From: the human T2T-CHM13v2.0 reference genome, Homo sapiens
DNA length: 64,000 nucleotides
Assembly: GCF_009914755.1 (NCBI RefSeq)
Contig: NC_060930.1
Direction: 5' to 3' (one strand)
A program made the translations under genes and the position numbers. Below are positions 14,112 through 26,353 of this stretch, one piece after another. The notes beneath the pieces were generated by a model. It worked only from the letters and a program-made list of their open reading frames with translations. It had not been told where the DNA came from and ran no database searches. Each line of letters starts with the position of its first letter. Position 1 is the stretch's first letter.

Positions 14112-15919
14112 CATGATTTTGTTAATAATGTATATCTGAAATAAAATAATCAGGAAATATTACCATCATTATGACATCTTAATGAAACAAAGTAATGTCT
14201 TAAGAGTTTCTAATAGAAATCAAAATATTTTCAAACACATAATCACAGATCTTCCCCTTTTGGAAAATTACTTTTCAGTTGTTTTCCTTCCAACTAGAGT
14301 TCCGCAAATAAATCCTTCCCACATAAAACCAAAACCTGCCATCAAAACTACCCTGACCCTTATTCTCTCCATAGTGTTATATATATATAATGTTATATTC
14401 ATTCAGGGTTAGAATGTATTGAGATAGTGCTTAGAAGACAAAAAAACAGTTGGATAGACAGTAAAGAGGAGATTGAAGGATAATCCTTAATTTATTCATC
14501 CTTCTATATCCACATTCTTCCACTGTCAAGACTATACTAATTCCACTGTGGTTCAATAAACCTATGAAAACATTAGTTTTAAGTATTATGTATAAAAGTG
14601 ATGAAGTAGTAAGTTCATGTGTATGCATGTGTATGCATCAAAACACATGATATCTAAGTTATATATATGCTAGTATTCATATGTACACATTATATGTTTG
14701 TATAAGTGTATATACACACATTTTTAAGTAACAAGATTTATTCTATAATATGCCTATAAGTATTATTGCTACAGCATTTTGTATACATGGTAAAATTTAA
14801 TTCTGAATTGTAATACCACCACTTGGACTTGTTCTAGTGTCTAGGAGTTTCCCTAACCTTTAAGCTAAGAATCATAGTTCTTGATCCCTAATTAATCTGG
14901 GTGTAAAACTTTTTCAAAGGGAATGATTAAGAACTAAATTTTATATTTTTGTTATTCAAATCCTATATGGATAAAACTTCACATTGCTACATAGTGTATT
15001 GTTAGAATAGAAAGTCAGGTGGTCCAGTCTAAAAATATATTTGAATGGCAGTTCCTGTCATCATTAATATGAGGAGCTTTAGTGAGGTGATCATAAATGC
15101 TCCTGTCTGCATTTGTGTCTTGGTTCTCCAAGTTCTTCCACACAAACTGCAAAGCAAAAATATTTCTTGTGTCTCAGAGTTATCATGTCCAAAATTAACC
15201 TGGATCTATACTGGGACATAGTTGTGTAGTACAACAGTTCATTTACTTACTTTTATATATACTAATGGGGGGAAATCTTAACTCTGATGTCTTGTTTTTA
15301 GGATCTTCCTGACTCTGGACTTTTTTCAACTTAACAGCTGAATCTATGTCCTTCTCCAGATATGGGGTCTATTCTACTTGCAGGCAGGGGACATAGCCTT
15401 CATGTGTCCACCCTTATTTCTGACCTAAGAATTGCATTCCCATATCCTGCTATGGAAGTTTATTTTTAACTTGTTCTACCTTTGCTGGAATCTATTTGTT
15501 AGTTTCCTCTCTTTTTAGGATTGGGACAACATCTTGTTCTTGTCAGTCTCTCACACCTGGACAGCTTCCAAACACCTATGACTAAGGCCCTCCTTCCTAA
15601 TGTGGACTGCTTTCATGGGTATCTAAATATTATCAGTTCCTAGATGCTGTGTTGCCATAGCCCAGTCGCCTGCCTGGCAGGACATCCTGGGTGCATATAC
15701 TGGATTTCCTTTAGGCCAAATACATGCCTGCATTTGCACCTGTCTAAGGATGATAACAGGAGCAATAACAACAGTTATTATAATTTCTACCCAAATTCTA
15801 ATTCATCAACATATTTTGTACATTACACTACATCAATAGTTTTCATTCTTTGCTTTAGTTTTAGGTAACATAATATATGAAAACATATATTTTCTCACAT
15901 TTCCACTGATTTTTTTTTA

Positions 15920-16170
15920 TTTAACAAATAATTCCAGAGCACTTTTATTTTGCCAGGTCATATCTTAGGAATTATAGACATTGATTTCTATCCTTAAGGA
16001 GTCTAAATACTACTTGGAGAACAGAATATAGTGAAATAAAATGGTGCTAAAAGCATACAAGAATTCCCTAATTAAGGAAAAAAGAAAAGTAGTATGAGTT
16101 AGAGCTTTCTAGAGAAGGTGCTTGCACTTAAGCTGAGCATTAATGATTAAGTAAAATTTAAGAAAATGTG
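15920..16170 (-). mobile_element. L2 fragment
   Basis: tttaacaaataattccagagcacttttattttgccagg...ccttaaggagtcta is the antisense L2 3' end. Confidence 0.55.
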
Positions 16171-16464
16171 CATTGGATTTGTATCTGCTTCCATATATCT
16201 CTACTTAAACTGATAATTTATAGAAATTATATTTGATAAAGAAAGAACACTGATGAATAGCTCATTTGTCTTATTCAATTTTGTTGCATTTCAGCCAAAG
16301 CAGACTGAAGGTGCCGCTGCTCCCTATCTTCTATTGATGATGGTAATTATAATGACATTGGTGATGATGATGATAGCAAACAAAAACTTCCTGAGTGTTT
16401 ATATATTCCAGGAGGTTTGTTACAATGGCTTTATAGCCTTATGGTCTTTGTCCCATTTCATTCT

Positions 16465-17070
16465 CATAATAGGGATAATATTAAGACAGCCCTCAATATT
16501 TCTGGCCATTTCTGGACGTAAAACTTCTCTTAGTTATTCAATCAAATACTAATCTTGCTACTGCTGTGAAAGGATTTTACAGATGTAATTAAGACCTCAA
16601 TTCAGTTGACCTTAAGATAGAGGATTATCTAGGTAGGTCTGAACTGATCATATGAATCCTTTAAATCTGGGTCAGAGACACTGGAGTCAGACAGATCCAG
16701 AGCATGGGAAGGATCAATGCATTATTGGTGGCTTTAAAGATGGAAAGGGTCACATGAGAAGAAAATAGGTAGACTGTAGGATTTGAGAGCGACCCCTGGC
16801 TGACAACCAGCAAGGAAATGGAAAGTCAGGGGGCCTTAGAATCAACTGAACTGAGAAAATGAATTCATGACCACATGAGCTTGAAAGGGGATGCTGAGCT
16901 CCTGCCCACAGCCTGACTAACACTTTGATTTTAGGCTTGTGAAACCCTAACAGAAAAATCAGTTAAGTCTGACTGGACTTCTGACTTACAGAAATGTGTG
17001 ATAATAAGTCAACATTATTTTGATCTACTGACTGTGGTAATTTGGCATGCAACAATAGAAAACTGATGTA
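16465..17070 (+). mobile_element. MLT1E-family solo LTR (ERVL-MaLR), inserted in a MIR
   Basis: ttattcaatcaaatactaatct...gctgtgaaaggattttacagatgtaattaag...gcaacaatagaaaactgatgta; antisense MIR text on both sides. Confidence 0.8.
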
Positions 17071-18169
17071 ATGCTCTCAATCATATAAATTGGTAACATT
17101 ATTTTAAATAAGGAAAGTGAATCTTAAGGGCTTTTGCTCATATTTACCATACATCAGTAGGACTGACAATGCAAAACACAGCACTATTGTGAAGATAATG
17201 TTTTCATATTATGGCAGTTTTACTTTTGATGTTAGAACTAAGGACTCTTGCCTCCTAATCTGTACACAATAAGTTATATATTATTTTCTCCTAAATTCTA
17301 GTTTCAAACAGAGACACAGAAGCTTGAAATGGCTCCCATGTCCCTAAGTACCTAAGGCAATATTTAGAAAATGCTCCCAAGTTCATTAGGGTTAAGGTAG
17401 GGAGTTACAAATTTCTTTTCTTCAGTATTTTTCTTATAATTTTACACATTTCTCTGGGTACAGTTTGTGGCCTCAGGCCTCACAAATGCTTTGTTTTCAT
17501 CTACTTGTCGGCAAATCTCTCATCTTAGCTAAGGCCTGAAAGGGTCACAGAGGAGAAACTTAAGGAGCACTACATTCATGTCTCCATCCTTCCCATCCCA
17601 GAATGAAACAGCCATGAGTAAAAGAGGTAGCACAGTTAATGGCTCTCCACATCCTAATAAAGAGCAGATAGAAAGATTTAAGGCAATTATCTTGAAAATT
17701 TATGGGGATAAAAGCAGGAAAATAAGGAAGGTTTATTGGCCTAAGCATTTTGACAACCACATGGATTTAGTTTAAATCTTGACTTTGTTTTCACAGATTC
17801 AAAATGTATTTTCTGAGTCACAGACTAAATCATGATGCCTTGCTTCCTCCTACTCCTCATAATCAATTCTTTAGTAGTTGTTTGAGTAACTGTGAATTGG
17901 GAACAAAACAATTTGTCAATTGGTTTCAGACTCAAAGACACAATTACTTTGCAGGCAGCACTGTTGCCTATGGAAACAATGATTATTAAGAAGTGTAAGA
18001 ATCAAGGTGATTCCCAGCACACTGTTCAGAGAGGGACTGAATGGTTATGGGCATCCTTTGAAGAAAAGGTATTAAAAGCCTGCTGACCCTGCAGCTGTGT
18101 GTTGAAAAAATTACGTATTACTGAGAAGCACATGAACTCTTATATATTTGTATACTTTCAAGCTTCATA

Positions 18170-18270
18170 ATAATACCAGCCAACACTAAATTGTACGTAC
18201 TATATGCCAGGAATTGTTCATGGCATTTTTACACATATTATCTCATTTAATCTTCAAAATAATACTATTG
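18170..18270 (-). mobile_element. MIR, left part (split by the MaLR provirus; resumes 20607-20750)
   Basis: tactatatgccaggaattgttc...atctcatttaatcttcaaaataa. Confidence 0.75.
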
Positions 18271-18275
18271 GGCAG

Positions 18276-20601
18276 TGTATTGGTCCATTCTCACGCCCTG
18301 GAGACATTTTCCCCATTGTCTTGGTAATTAACATTTGGATCCTCATTACTTATGCCATGAAGAAATGCTCAAGACTGGGTAATTTATGAAGAAAAAGGTT
18401 TAACTCACAGTTCTGCATGACTGTGGAGGCCTCAGGAAACTTACAATCATGGCAAATGGCACTTCTTCACAGGGTGGCAGGAGAGAGAAGTGCAGAGTGA
18501 AGTGGTGAAAATCCCCTTATAAAACCATCAGATCTTGTGCGAACTCACTCGCCATCACAAGAACAGCATAGGGGTATCAGGTCCATGATCTAATCACCTC
18601 CCATGAGGTCCCTACCCCAACATATGGAGATTACAATTCAAGATGAGATTTGAGTGGGTACACAGAGCCAGACCATATCATTTGTGCCCCTTGCCCCTCC
18701 CAAATCTCATCTTCCTCACATTTCCAAATACAATTATGCCTTCCCAATAGCCCCCCAAAGTCATAATTCATTTCAAGATTAACCCAAAAGTCCAAGTCCA
18801 TAGTCTCATTTCAGACAAGGCAAGTCCCTGCCACCTACGAGTCTACAAAATCAAAAGCAAGTTAGTTACTTCCTAGGGAATGGGGGAAATTGGCCAAAAC
18901 GAAGGGACTACCGGCCCCGTGCAAGTCTGAAATCCAACAAGGCAGTAATTAAATCTTAAAGCTCCAAAATAATCTCTTTTGACTTCATGTCTCACATCCA
19001 GATCACGATGATGCAAGAGGTAGGTTCCCATGGCCTTGGACAGCCCCATCCCTGTGGCTTTGCAGGGTACAACCCCCCTCCCAGCTGTGTTCATGGGCTG
19101 GCATTGAATGTCTGTGGATTTTCTAGGCACATGATGCAAGCTATTGGTGGATCTACCATTCTGGGGTCCTGAGGACAGTCGCCTTCTTCTCACAGCTCCA
19201 CTAAGCAATGTACCAGTGGGGGCCCCAACCCCACCTCTCCCTTCTGCACTGCCTTAGCAGAGGTTCTACATCAGGGCTCTTCCCCGGCAGCAAACTTCTG
19301 CCTGAATATCCAAGCATTTCCATACATCCTCTGAAATGTAGGTGGAGGTTCCCAAACCTTAATTCTTGATTTCTGTAGACCTGCAGTCCCCACACATGTA
19401 AGCTTCCAAAGCTTATGGCTTGCACCCTCTGAAGCAACAGTCTGACCTGTACGTTGGCCCCTTTTAGCCATGGCTGGGATGCAGGGTACCAAGTCCTAAG
19501 ACTGCACAAAGAAGCAAGACCCTGGGCCTGGCCCACTAAACCATTTGTTTCGTCTTAGGCCTCTGGGCCTGTGATGGGAAGAACTGCCACGAAGGCCTCT
19601 GACATGCCCTGGAGACATTTTCCCTATTGTCTTGGTGATTAACATTTGGCTCCTCATCCCATATACAAATTTCTGAAGCTGCCTTAAATTTCTCCTCAGA
19701 AAATGGATTTTTCTTTTCTATTGCATCATCAGGCTGCACATTTTCCAAACTTTTATGCTTTGCTCCCTTTTAAACATAAGTTCCGATTCCAAACCATCTC
19801 TTTGTGAATACATAAAACTGAATGCTTTTAACAGCACCCAGGTCACATCCTGAATGCTTTGCTGCTTAGAAATTTTTTCCTCCAGATACCCTAAATCTTC
19901 TCTCTAAAGCTCAAAGCTCCATAGATCATTAGGGCAGGGACAAAATGCCACCAATTTCTGCTAAAGCATAGCTAGAATCACGTTTATTCCAGTCCCCAAG
20001 TTCCTCATCTCCATCTGAGACCACCTCAGCCTAAATTTCATTGTTCATATCACTATCAGCATTTTTGTCAAAGCCATTCAATAAGTCACCAGGAAGTTCC
20101 AAACTTTCCCACATCTTCCTGTCTTTTTCTGAGACCTACCAATGGTTCCAACCTCTGCCTGTTACTCAGCTCCAAAGTCACTTCCACATTTCCAGATATC
20201 TTTATAGCAGCACCCTACTCTATGTGGTACCAATTTACTGTATTAGTCTGCCTTCATGCTGACATGAAGGAACACCTAAGACTGGGTAATTTATGTAGAA
20301 AGAGACTTAATTGACTCACAGTTCTGCATGATTGGGAGGCCTCAGGAAATTTATAATCATGGCAGTAGGCACCTCTTCACAGGGGAGCAGGAGAGAGAAG
20401 TGCAGAGTGAAGGGGGCTAAAGTCCCTTATAAAACCATCAGATCTCAAGAGAACTCACACACTATCATGAGAACAACATGTGGGAACAACCTCTATGATC
20501 TAATCACCTCCTATGAGGTCCCTCGCCCAAAATGCGGGGATTACAACTCAGATTACAATTAGAGATGAGATTTGGTACGGACACAGAGCCATACCATATC
20601 A
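18276..20601 (-). mobile_element. Complete THE1D/MSTA-type MaLR provirus (LTR 18276-18680, internal 18681-20238, LTR 20239-20601)
   Basis: Two LTRs tgtatt...ccatatca; ~1.56-kb internal region whose decayed ORF pieces appear in the track (18873-19748, minus strand); 5-bp TSD GGCAG/GGTAG. Confidence 0.93.
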
Positions 20602-20606
20602 GGTAG

Positions 20607-20750
20607 TAAACACTATATTGCTGTTTCAGAGAGAGGAACATAGAGGCAGTATGGATAAATAATTTGTACACAGTCACACAAGTAATTAGTGGTAGAGGTG
20701 GGATATGAACCCAGGAAGATAGGCTTCAGAGTCTATGGTCTATTCACTGA
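20607..20750 (-). mobile_element. MIR, right part
   Basis: aataatttgtacacagtcacacaagtaattagtggtagaggtgggatatgaacccagg. Confidence 0.75.
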
Positions 20751-20753
20751 TGC

Positions 20754-21225
20754 TGTGGCAAATTTTATTTTCCAAAGATATTTACAACAATATTTCATAT
20801 CCAACTCATTTTTCTTACAATGTGATCATGACACATTTCCTCAAGAAGTGTGGTCTACATTCTCCTTTTTCTTAAATATGATAAGGTCTGGGACGAAGCT
20901 GGAAATGACATTGAAAGTTTCAAGTCTAGATCATAAAAGATGATACAGCCTTCACCTGATTCTCTGTTGGGGTACTCATACTTGCAGCCTGAGCTGCCAT
21001 AAAAGCAGCCTGATATCCTTGGGACCACTATGGCATGAAAAAGCCCAAAGCAGCCCATAGGAAAGGGCTACGTAGTGAGGTCCTGAGAATACATAAAAAT
21101 GGAGAGATGCCCAGGAAGCTACCAGTTGCTACAGAATCCCCACTATTTCAGCACCAGTCACAATTTGACTTCAACCACGTGAAGGATTTGAATCAAAATT
21201 GCTTTGCCAAGCCATTCCCAAATGC
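20754..21225 (+). mobile_element. MLT1H/G-like LTR
   Basis: Begins tgtggcaaattttattttccaaagat...; internal ctagatcataaaagatgatacagccttcacctg. Confidence 0.75.
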
Positions 21226-21737
21226 AAATGGATGATTTGAACACCCATTATATAGGAGATAAGTGGACTTCATTTAAAATGAAGCAATATAATTACTTTT
21301 TAAAAATGTGTTTTAATTATGTTATTATATTGGTATACGGGTCTGATTTCCCAAATAGAAATATTCTTATTATGATATTATCACATTTGAATTTTAAATG
21401 TTGATGTAATCTAGTTACTAGTTTTGTTTTGCCTTCTATTATTTCAAAAAAAAGGCCTAATTTCTATAGATACTGGCTAAATTTTACAAGCTGTAACTTA
21501 TTTTTCAATTCTTAATTTTTATTTTGTAATTAAATAAAAATTGTATATATTAATGATGTACAACATAAAGTTTTGATACATGTATATATACATTGTGTGG
21601 TAGCTAAATTAAGCTTATATTGTACTCACTGTCTTTAATTATGTCAAATCATTTTTTTTAGGATGAAAAGTCTACATTACCTTGAAATATCCCCTTCTTG
21701 TGATGAAACATATTTTACTTTGTGAATAAGAAGCCAC

Positions 21738-22548
21738 AGAAGACATACAGATGGCCAATAAGCATAGGAAATAATGCTCAAGATCGCTGATCATTAGCAA
21801 AATGCAAATCAAAACCACAGTGAGATACCATCTCACCTAAGTCAGAATGGCTATTACTAAAAAGTCAAAAAATCATAGAGGCAGGTGAGGTTGTGGAGAA
21901 AGGGAATGCTTATACACTGCTGGTGGGAGTACAAATTAGTTAAGCCATCGTGGAAAGCAGTGTGGAAATTCCTCAAGGAACTTAAAGAATTACCATTTGG
22001 CCCAGCAATCCCATTATTGGGTATATACCCAAAGGAATATAAATCATTATACCATAAAGACGTATGCACAGGTATGTTCATTGTAGCACTACTCACAATA
22101 GCAAAGACATGGACTCAACCTAAATGTCCATTAATGGTGGACTGGATAAGAAAATGTGGTACATATACATCATGGAATACTATGCATCCATAAAAAGAAT
22201 GAGATCATGTCCTTTGCGGCAACATAGATGGAGCTGGGCGCTATTATCCTAAGCAGAACTAATTCAGAAACAGAAATCCAAATACCACATGTGTCTCACA
22301 AGTGGGAGACAAACAACAAAATCACATGGACACTAGGAGGGGAACAACAGACACTAGGGCCTCCTTGAAGGTTGAGGGTGGGAGGAGGGAGAGGATCAGA
22401 AAAAAATATAACTATTGGATATTATACTTATTAACTGGGTGACTAAATTATCTGTACACTAAACCCTCATGGCACACAGTTTATCTATGTAACAAAGCTG
22501 CACATGTACCCCTGAACCTAAAAGTTAAAATAAAAATAATAATAATAA
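21738..22548 (+). mobile_element. L1PA15/16-like 3' end (ORF2 C-terminus, 3' UTR, A-rich tail)
   Basis: ORF track 21885-22193 gives 'HCWWEYKLVKPSWKAVWKFLKEL...AIPLLGIYPKEYKS', the L1 ORF2 C-terminal region; ends in an A-rich tail. Confidence 0.93.
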
Positions 22549-23899
22549 AGAAATCATATGGCAGTATGTAACCTGACTCTGTTACATACTCAGTGTGTTA
22601 CATACGGAGATTGTAACAATCCAGCCATAAGACTCACACTGGATAACAATATTAAATCAAGTGTCATGTTACGGAGAGATCTGAAGAACAAATTAAATAC
22701 TTTTTCAGTCACTTAAAGCAACTGCTTGGATGTTCACCCAGTAAGCTCCATCTTATTGCTCAATGGGCATCTTATTTGAGAAGTAATGTTTCCACTGGCA
22801 AACCTATTTACTTATTTAAGCTTTATTTAAAATGATTTTAAATATATAAAGTCAAGTAATATGTGGGGGTGTAAGCTCAACCACTACTAGTAGTTTAAAT
22901 CTATGAAACTGATTAATCTTAAATATTTGAAAGTAGAATTCATTTTCAAGGGACAATCACATTCAGTACCCAGTTCCTATGTATGTCCACTAGAGATATG
23001 TAGAAATTGATACTAATCCATTAATATGAAGTTGGAGTATTCAAATGTGCCCTAAAAGAAAACATAAAACTTATATTTTATATGTTAGGTTATAAACATG
23101 AAACTATATCCAGAATTCTAGTTCTAGTTCCATTAAATACATTTATTACTAGAAGTCAGTGTAATTACAATGAAACTGAGTTTTAGCATTAGGTTTCTGA
23201 AGAAGTATTGATCAAGGGTAAATGTGATTTCTCAGTGAGATGATCAATTTTCTCCTAAATATAACTCTAAAATGGCTACTGCCAGAGTCATATCTTTGGA
23301 GTGTGTGCTCATTAAGGATAAAACATCAAAAAATAGATAAGTGAGAAATGAATGCTTTAGGTTAGATTTGGATTACAGTCTTCATTTCTGTATTTCAATG
23401 ACTGCAATTGTAACTAAATGAAAAATTGAACATTTTAGGATTTGAAATGAGATAAAAGATTACAGGAATGTAAAAAATACATCTGTATTGATATTTCATG
23501 TATCTTTACTTTTTTTTAAATTAAATTCAAATTTTCTTTTTTTCTTTCTTGATTTTTACATGAATTAAAACAAAATACAAATAATTATATAAAAGGAATA
23601 AAGGGAAGAAAAAAGTAGAATGTTAAATGAAATTCAATTAAATTTGGCATAAAATGTGTTTAGAAAATTTGTTAAACGCAATATCTATTTCTTTATTTCC
23701 ATGATTGAAATAAAAATTGTCTATAATAATGATTTTCTGAATATGTATTCCTTATCTATGTTTTAGCCAGTGAACTCCACTGGGAAAAAAAAAAGAAGGT
23801 AAACTGTCATGCAATGGTATCACATCTAAGCACTAGCCTCTTTTTACTATATTTGCAGAAGTCAAATTTACTAATACCAGTCTAATGTTTTGTAGTTCC

Positions 23900-23918
23900 T
23901 TCCTGTAGATGGCAGCAG
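23900..23918 (+). promoter_or_regulatory. CTCF core motif (candidate)
   Basis: TTCCTGTAGATGGCAGCAG fits the CC-N-(C/G)-(C/T)AG(A/G)(G/T)GGC(A/G)(G/C) CTCF core, in unique sequence. Confidence 0.5.
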
Positions 23919-25645
23919 AGCAGGCATAAAAAATCAATAGAACAAATTGTCAGACCAGTAATGTGGCTTCTGTTGTTCTGCTTCTCATTAAAGGCAATGG
24001 CAATAGAAGAAAAGCTATTACTGCAACCAGAATTCTTAATGAGTTTTGCTACGAATTAGTTTACAGCCCAAGTACATGCTTTGACATTTGGTTAGCTAGA
24101 AACTTGGGCAACTTTTCATGCAAAAGGATATTACTGCACACAAGCCTGAAATGCTTAGCTATTGTAATATCTGAGCTGTTATCAGAACAGGTCTCTACAA
24201 AATACCTTAAGAAAAAAATTGACCTTCATACTCCTGCCTTCTTCTGAGCTGATGTCAAATCAATAAAAAAAACCTAAAGCCAATGTTTTATTGATACTTG
24301 AACTAATGTGGTTTGCAAAATCTTTTTATTAAGCTTTGCAAACCAATGTCAGGTTAAACTGCTGTGCCCAGAAAATGGCAACCTCAAAAACTTATCTGAC
24401 AAATGTGATGGAGCTTCTTAGACACATTCTGATCAAGACCCTACCTGACAACCTCTTCTTTTCAATAACTTCAAGGCTATGAATAAATATTGCAGTTTTT
24501 ATACTGTAGCAAGGATTTAGCTGTATAAATCATGCGGGAAATTCTGGAGCACCAGTCACTGAATATTTTTAGTTTCATCATTGTGAAGATTCATAATGTA
24601 AAGACAATTTTTGTAAAGTATAAGAGAAAAATATATCGCTTTTAGCAGTATCTCAAGAAAATTGATGTTGAAAAGAATACTACAGGAGCAAGGATTGAGA
24701 AACTGGAGGTCCCACAGGGTCTTAAATAAGGTAGACTATGACAGATAAGATCCAGAATCACTGAATTGGACACTTCTAGGAGGCAAATGGCTTTGAGGTA
24801 CAGCATTCTCCATCCGTACCTTGGTTTCTCAGTGTGACTGTGATACCAGCCAGTGGGTCACCAGTGAGTGTCCTGCAATGGCCTCTGTATGGTAATATTG
24901 ATCACTCCAGAATACTGAGAGCAAGGTCAGGTTACTAACTAGCCCAGCAGCCTTTAGACTATGCCCTGAAGGGACATGATCAAGTGACATTGCTGAGGTC
25001 AGGCCCGAGGTTGATGTGTGGTGTTGAGAGATGACCAATTCAATAGCAGGCCAGAATGGAGTGGCAGAGCAATCATACTTACAGGGCCTTGTTGTATGTA
25101 TATAAGCCTTGGGCTTCCTACACCTCTTCTCAACTGCCTAGCCAGTGTTAATTTCTCCAGAGCAGCATTTTCCAGCCATCAGGTCACAACATACTTGTAT
25201 ATTCTAATAAATAATAAATGCTTTGTTATTATAATGAAGCCTACAAATTTGTAAATAATGTAAAAATTTAATAAAAATGTATATTAGAATGAAAAAAAAT
25301 ACTAATACTGCCATACATAAGAGACTTTGGATAGATTATCAAATATGTACTGCTTATTACACATTTAAAAAGAAAATAAAGACAGCAAAAATACTGACTT
25401 CAGGTACAAAACTCTTATAGAATATTTAGAGAGGGACTGAGAATTGAATAAAATAAGCTACATCTTTAATAAATAAGAATAGAGTAAAATAATGCACTGT
25501 GATCTAAAGATCAATGAATGAGTGGGCTCTTTTGGGGGTACAAAGGAAAGGGAGATTTAGGACTAATGTGTTTTTTAAATGCATTTTTGTTCTTACTCCC
25601 TAGTCCTATTCCTCCCCATGGAAAACCATTTTATTTTATTATTAT

Positions 25646-26353
25646 TTTTTAAGTTAGAATTTCCATTTTTATTTTAGATTCAGGGAGGTACATACTCATG
25701 TTTGTTACAGGGGTATATTGTATGATACTGAGGCTTGGGCTTCTATTTATCCTGTCACTCAAGATAGTGAACATAGTACCCAATAACAAGTGTTTCAGCC
25801 CTTTCCCCCTCCTTCCCTTTTTTGGAGTCTCCAATGTCTATTGTTTCCATCTTTATGCCCTTATATACTCAAGATTTAGCTTTCACTTATAAGTGAGGAC
25901 ATGTGATATTTGGTTTCCTGTTTTTGCATTAATTTGCTTAGGATAATGACCTCCAGATGCATTTATGTTGCTGCGAAAAACATGGTCCTTTTTATGACCA
26001 CATAGCATTCCATGATGTATATGTACCACATTTACTTTATCCAATCCACCACTGATGGGCACCTAGGTTTATTCCATGTCTTTGCTATTGTGAATAGTGC
26101 TGCGATGAACATCCAAGTCCATGTGTCTCTCAGGTAGAATGATTTATTTTCCTTTGGGTATATATCCAGTAATAGAATTGCTGGGCCCAATGGTACTTCT
26201 ATTTTAAGTTCTTTGAGAAAATTCCAAACTGCTTTCCACAGTGGCTGAACTAATTTTCATTCTTACCAACAGTATATAAGTGTTCCTTTTGCTCTGCAGC
26301 TTTGCCAACATCTGTTATTTTTGACTTTCTAATAGACAGTCTGACCGTGTGAG
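25646..26353 (-). mobile_element. L1PA16/17-like 3' end
   Basis: tttattttagattcagggaggtacat...ctccagatgcatttatgttgctgcgaaaaacatg...ttttgactttctaatag. Confidence 0.9.

Noticed and set aside
18873-19748. Cluster of minus-strand ORFs suggesting a gene
   Set aside because: These are frameshifted remnants of the MaLR internal ORF within the provirus, not a cellular gene.
21885-22193. 102-aa ORF
   Set aside because: L1 ORF2 C-terminal remnant in a 5'-truncated element.
23891-23899. TGTAGTTCC resembling the CTCF upstream (zinc finger 9-11) module
   Set aside because: Spacing to the core motif is too short compared with the usual arrangement.
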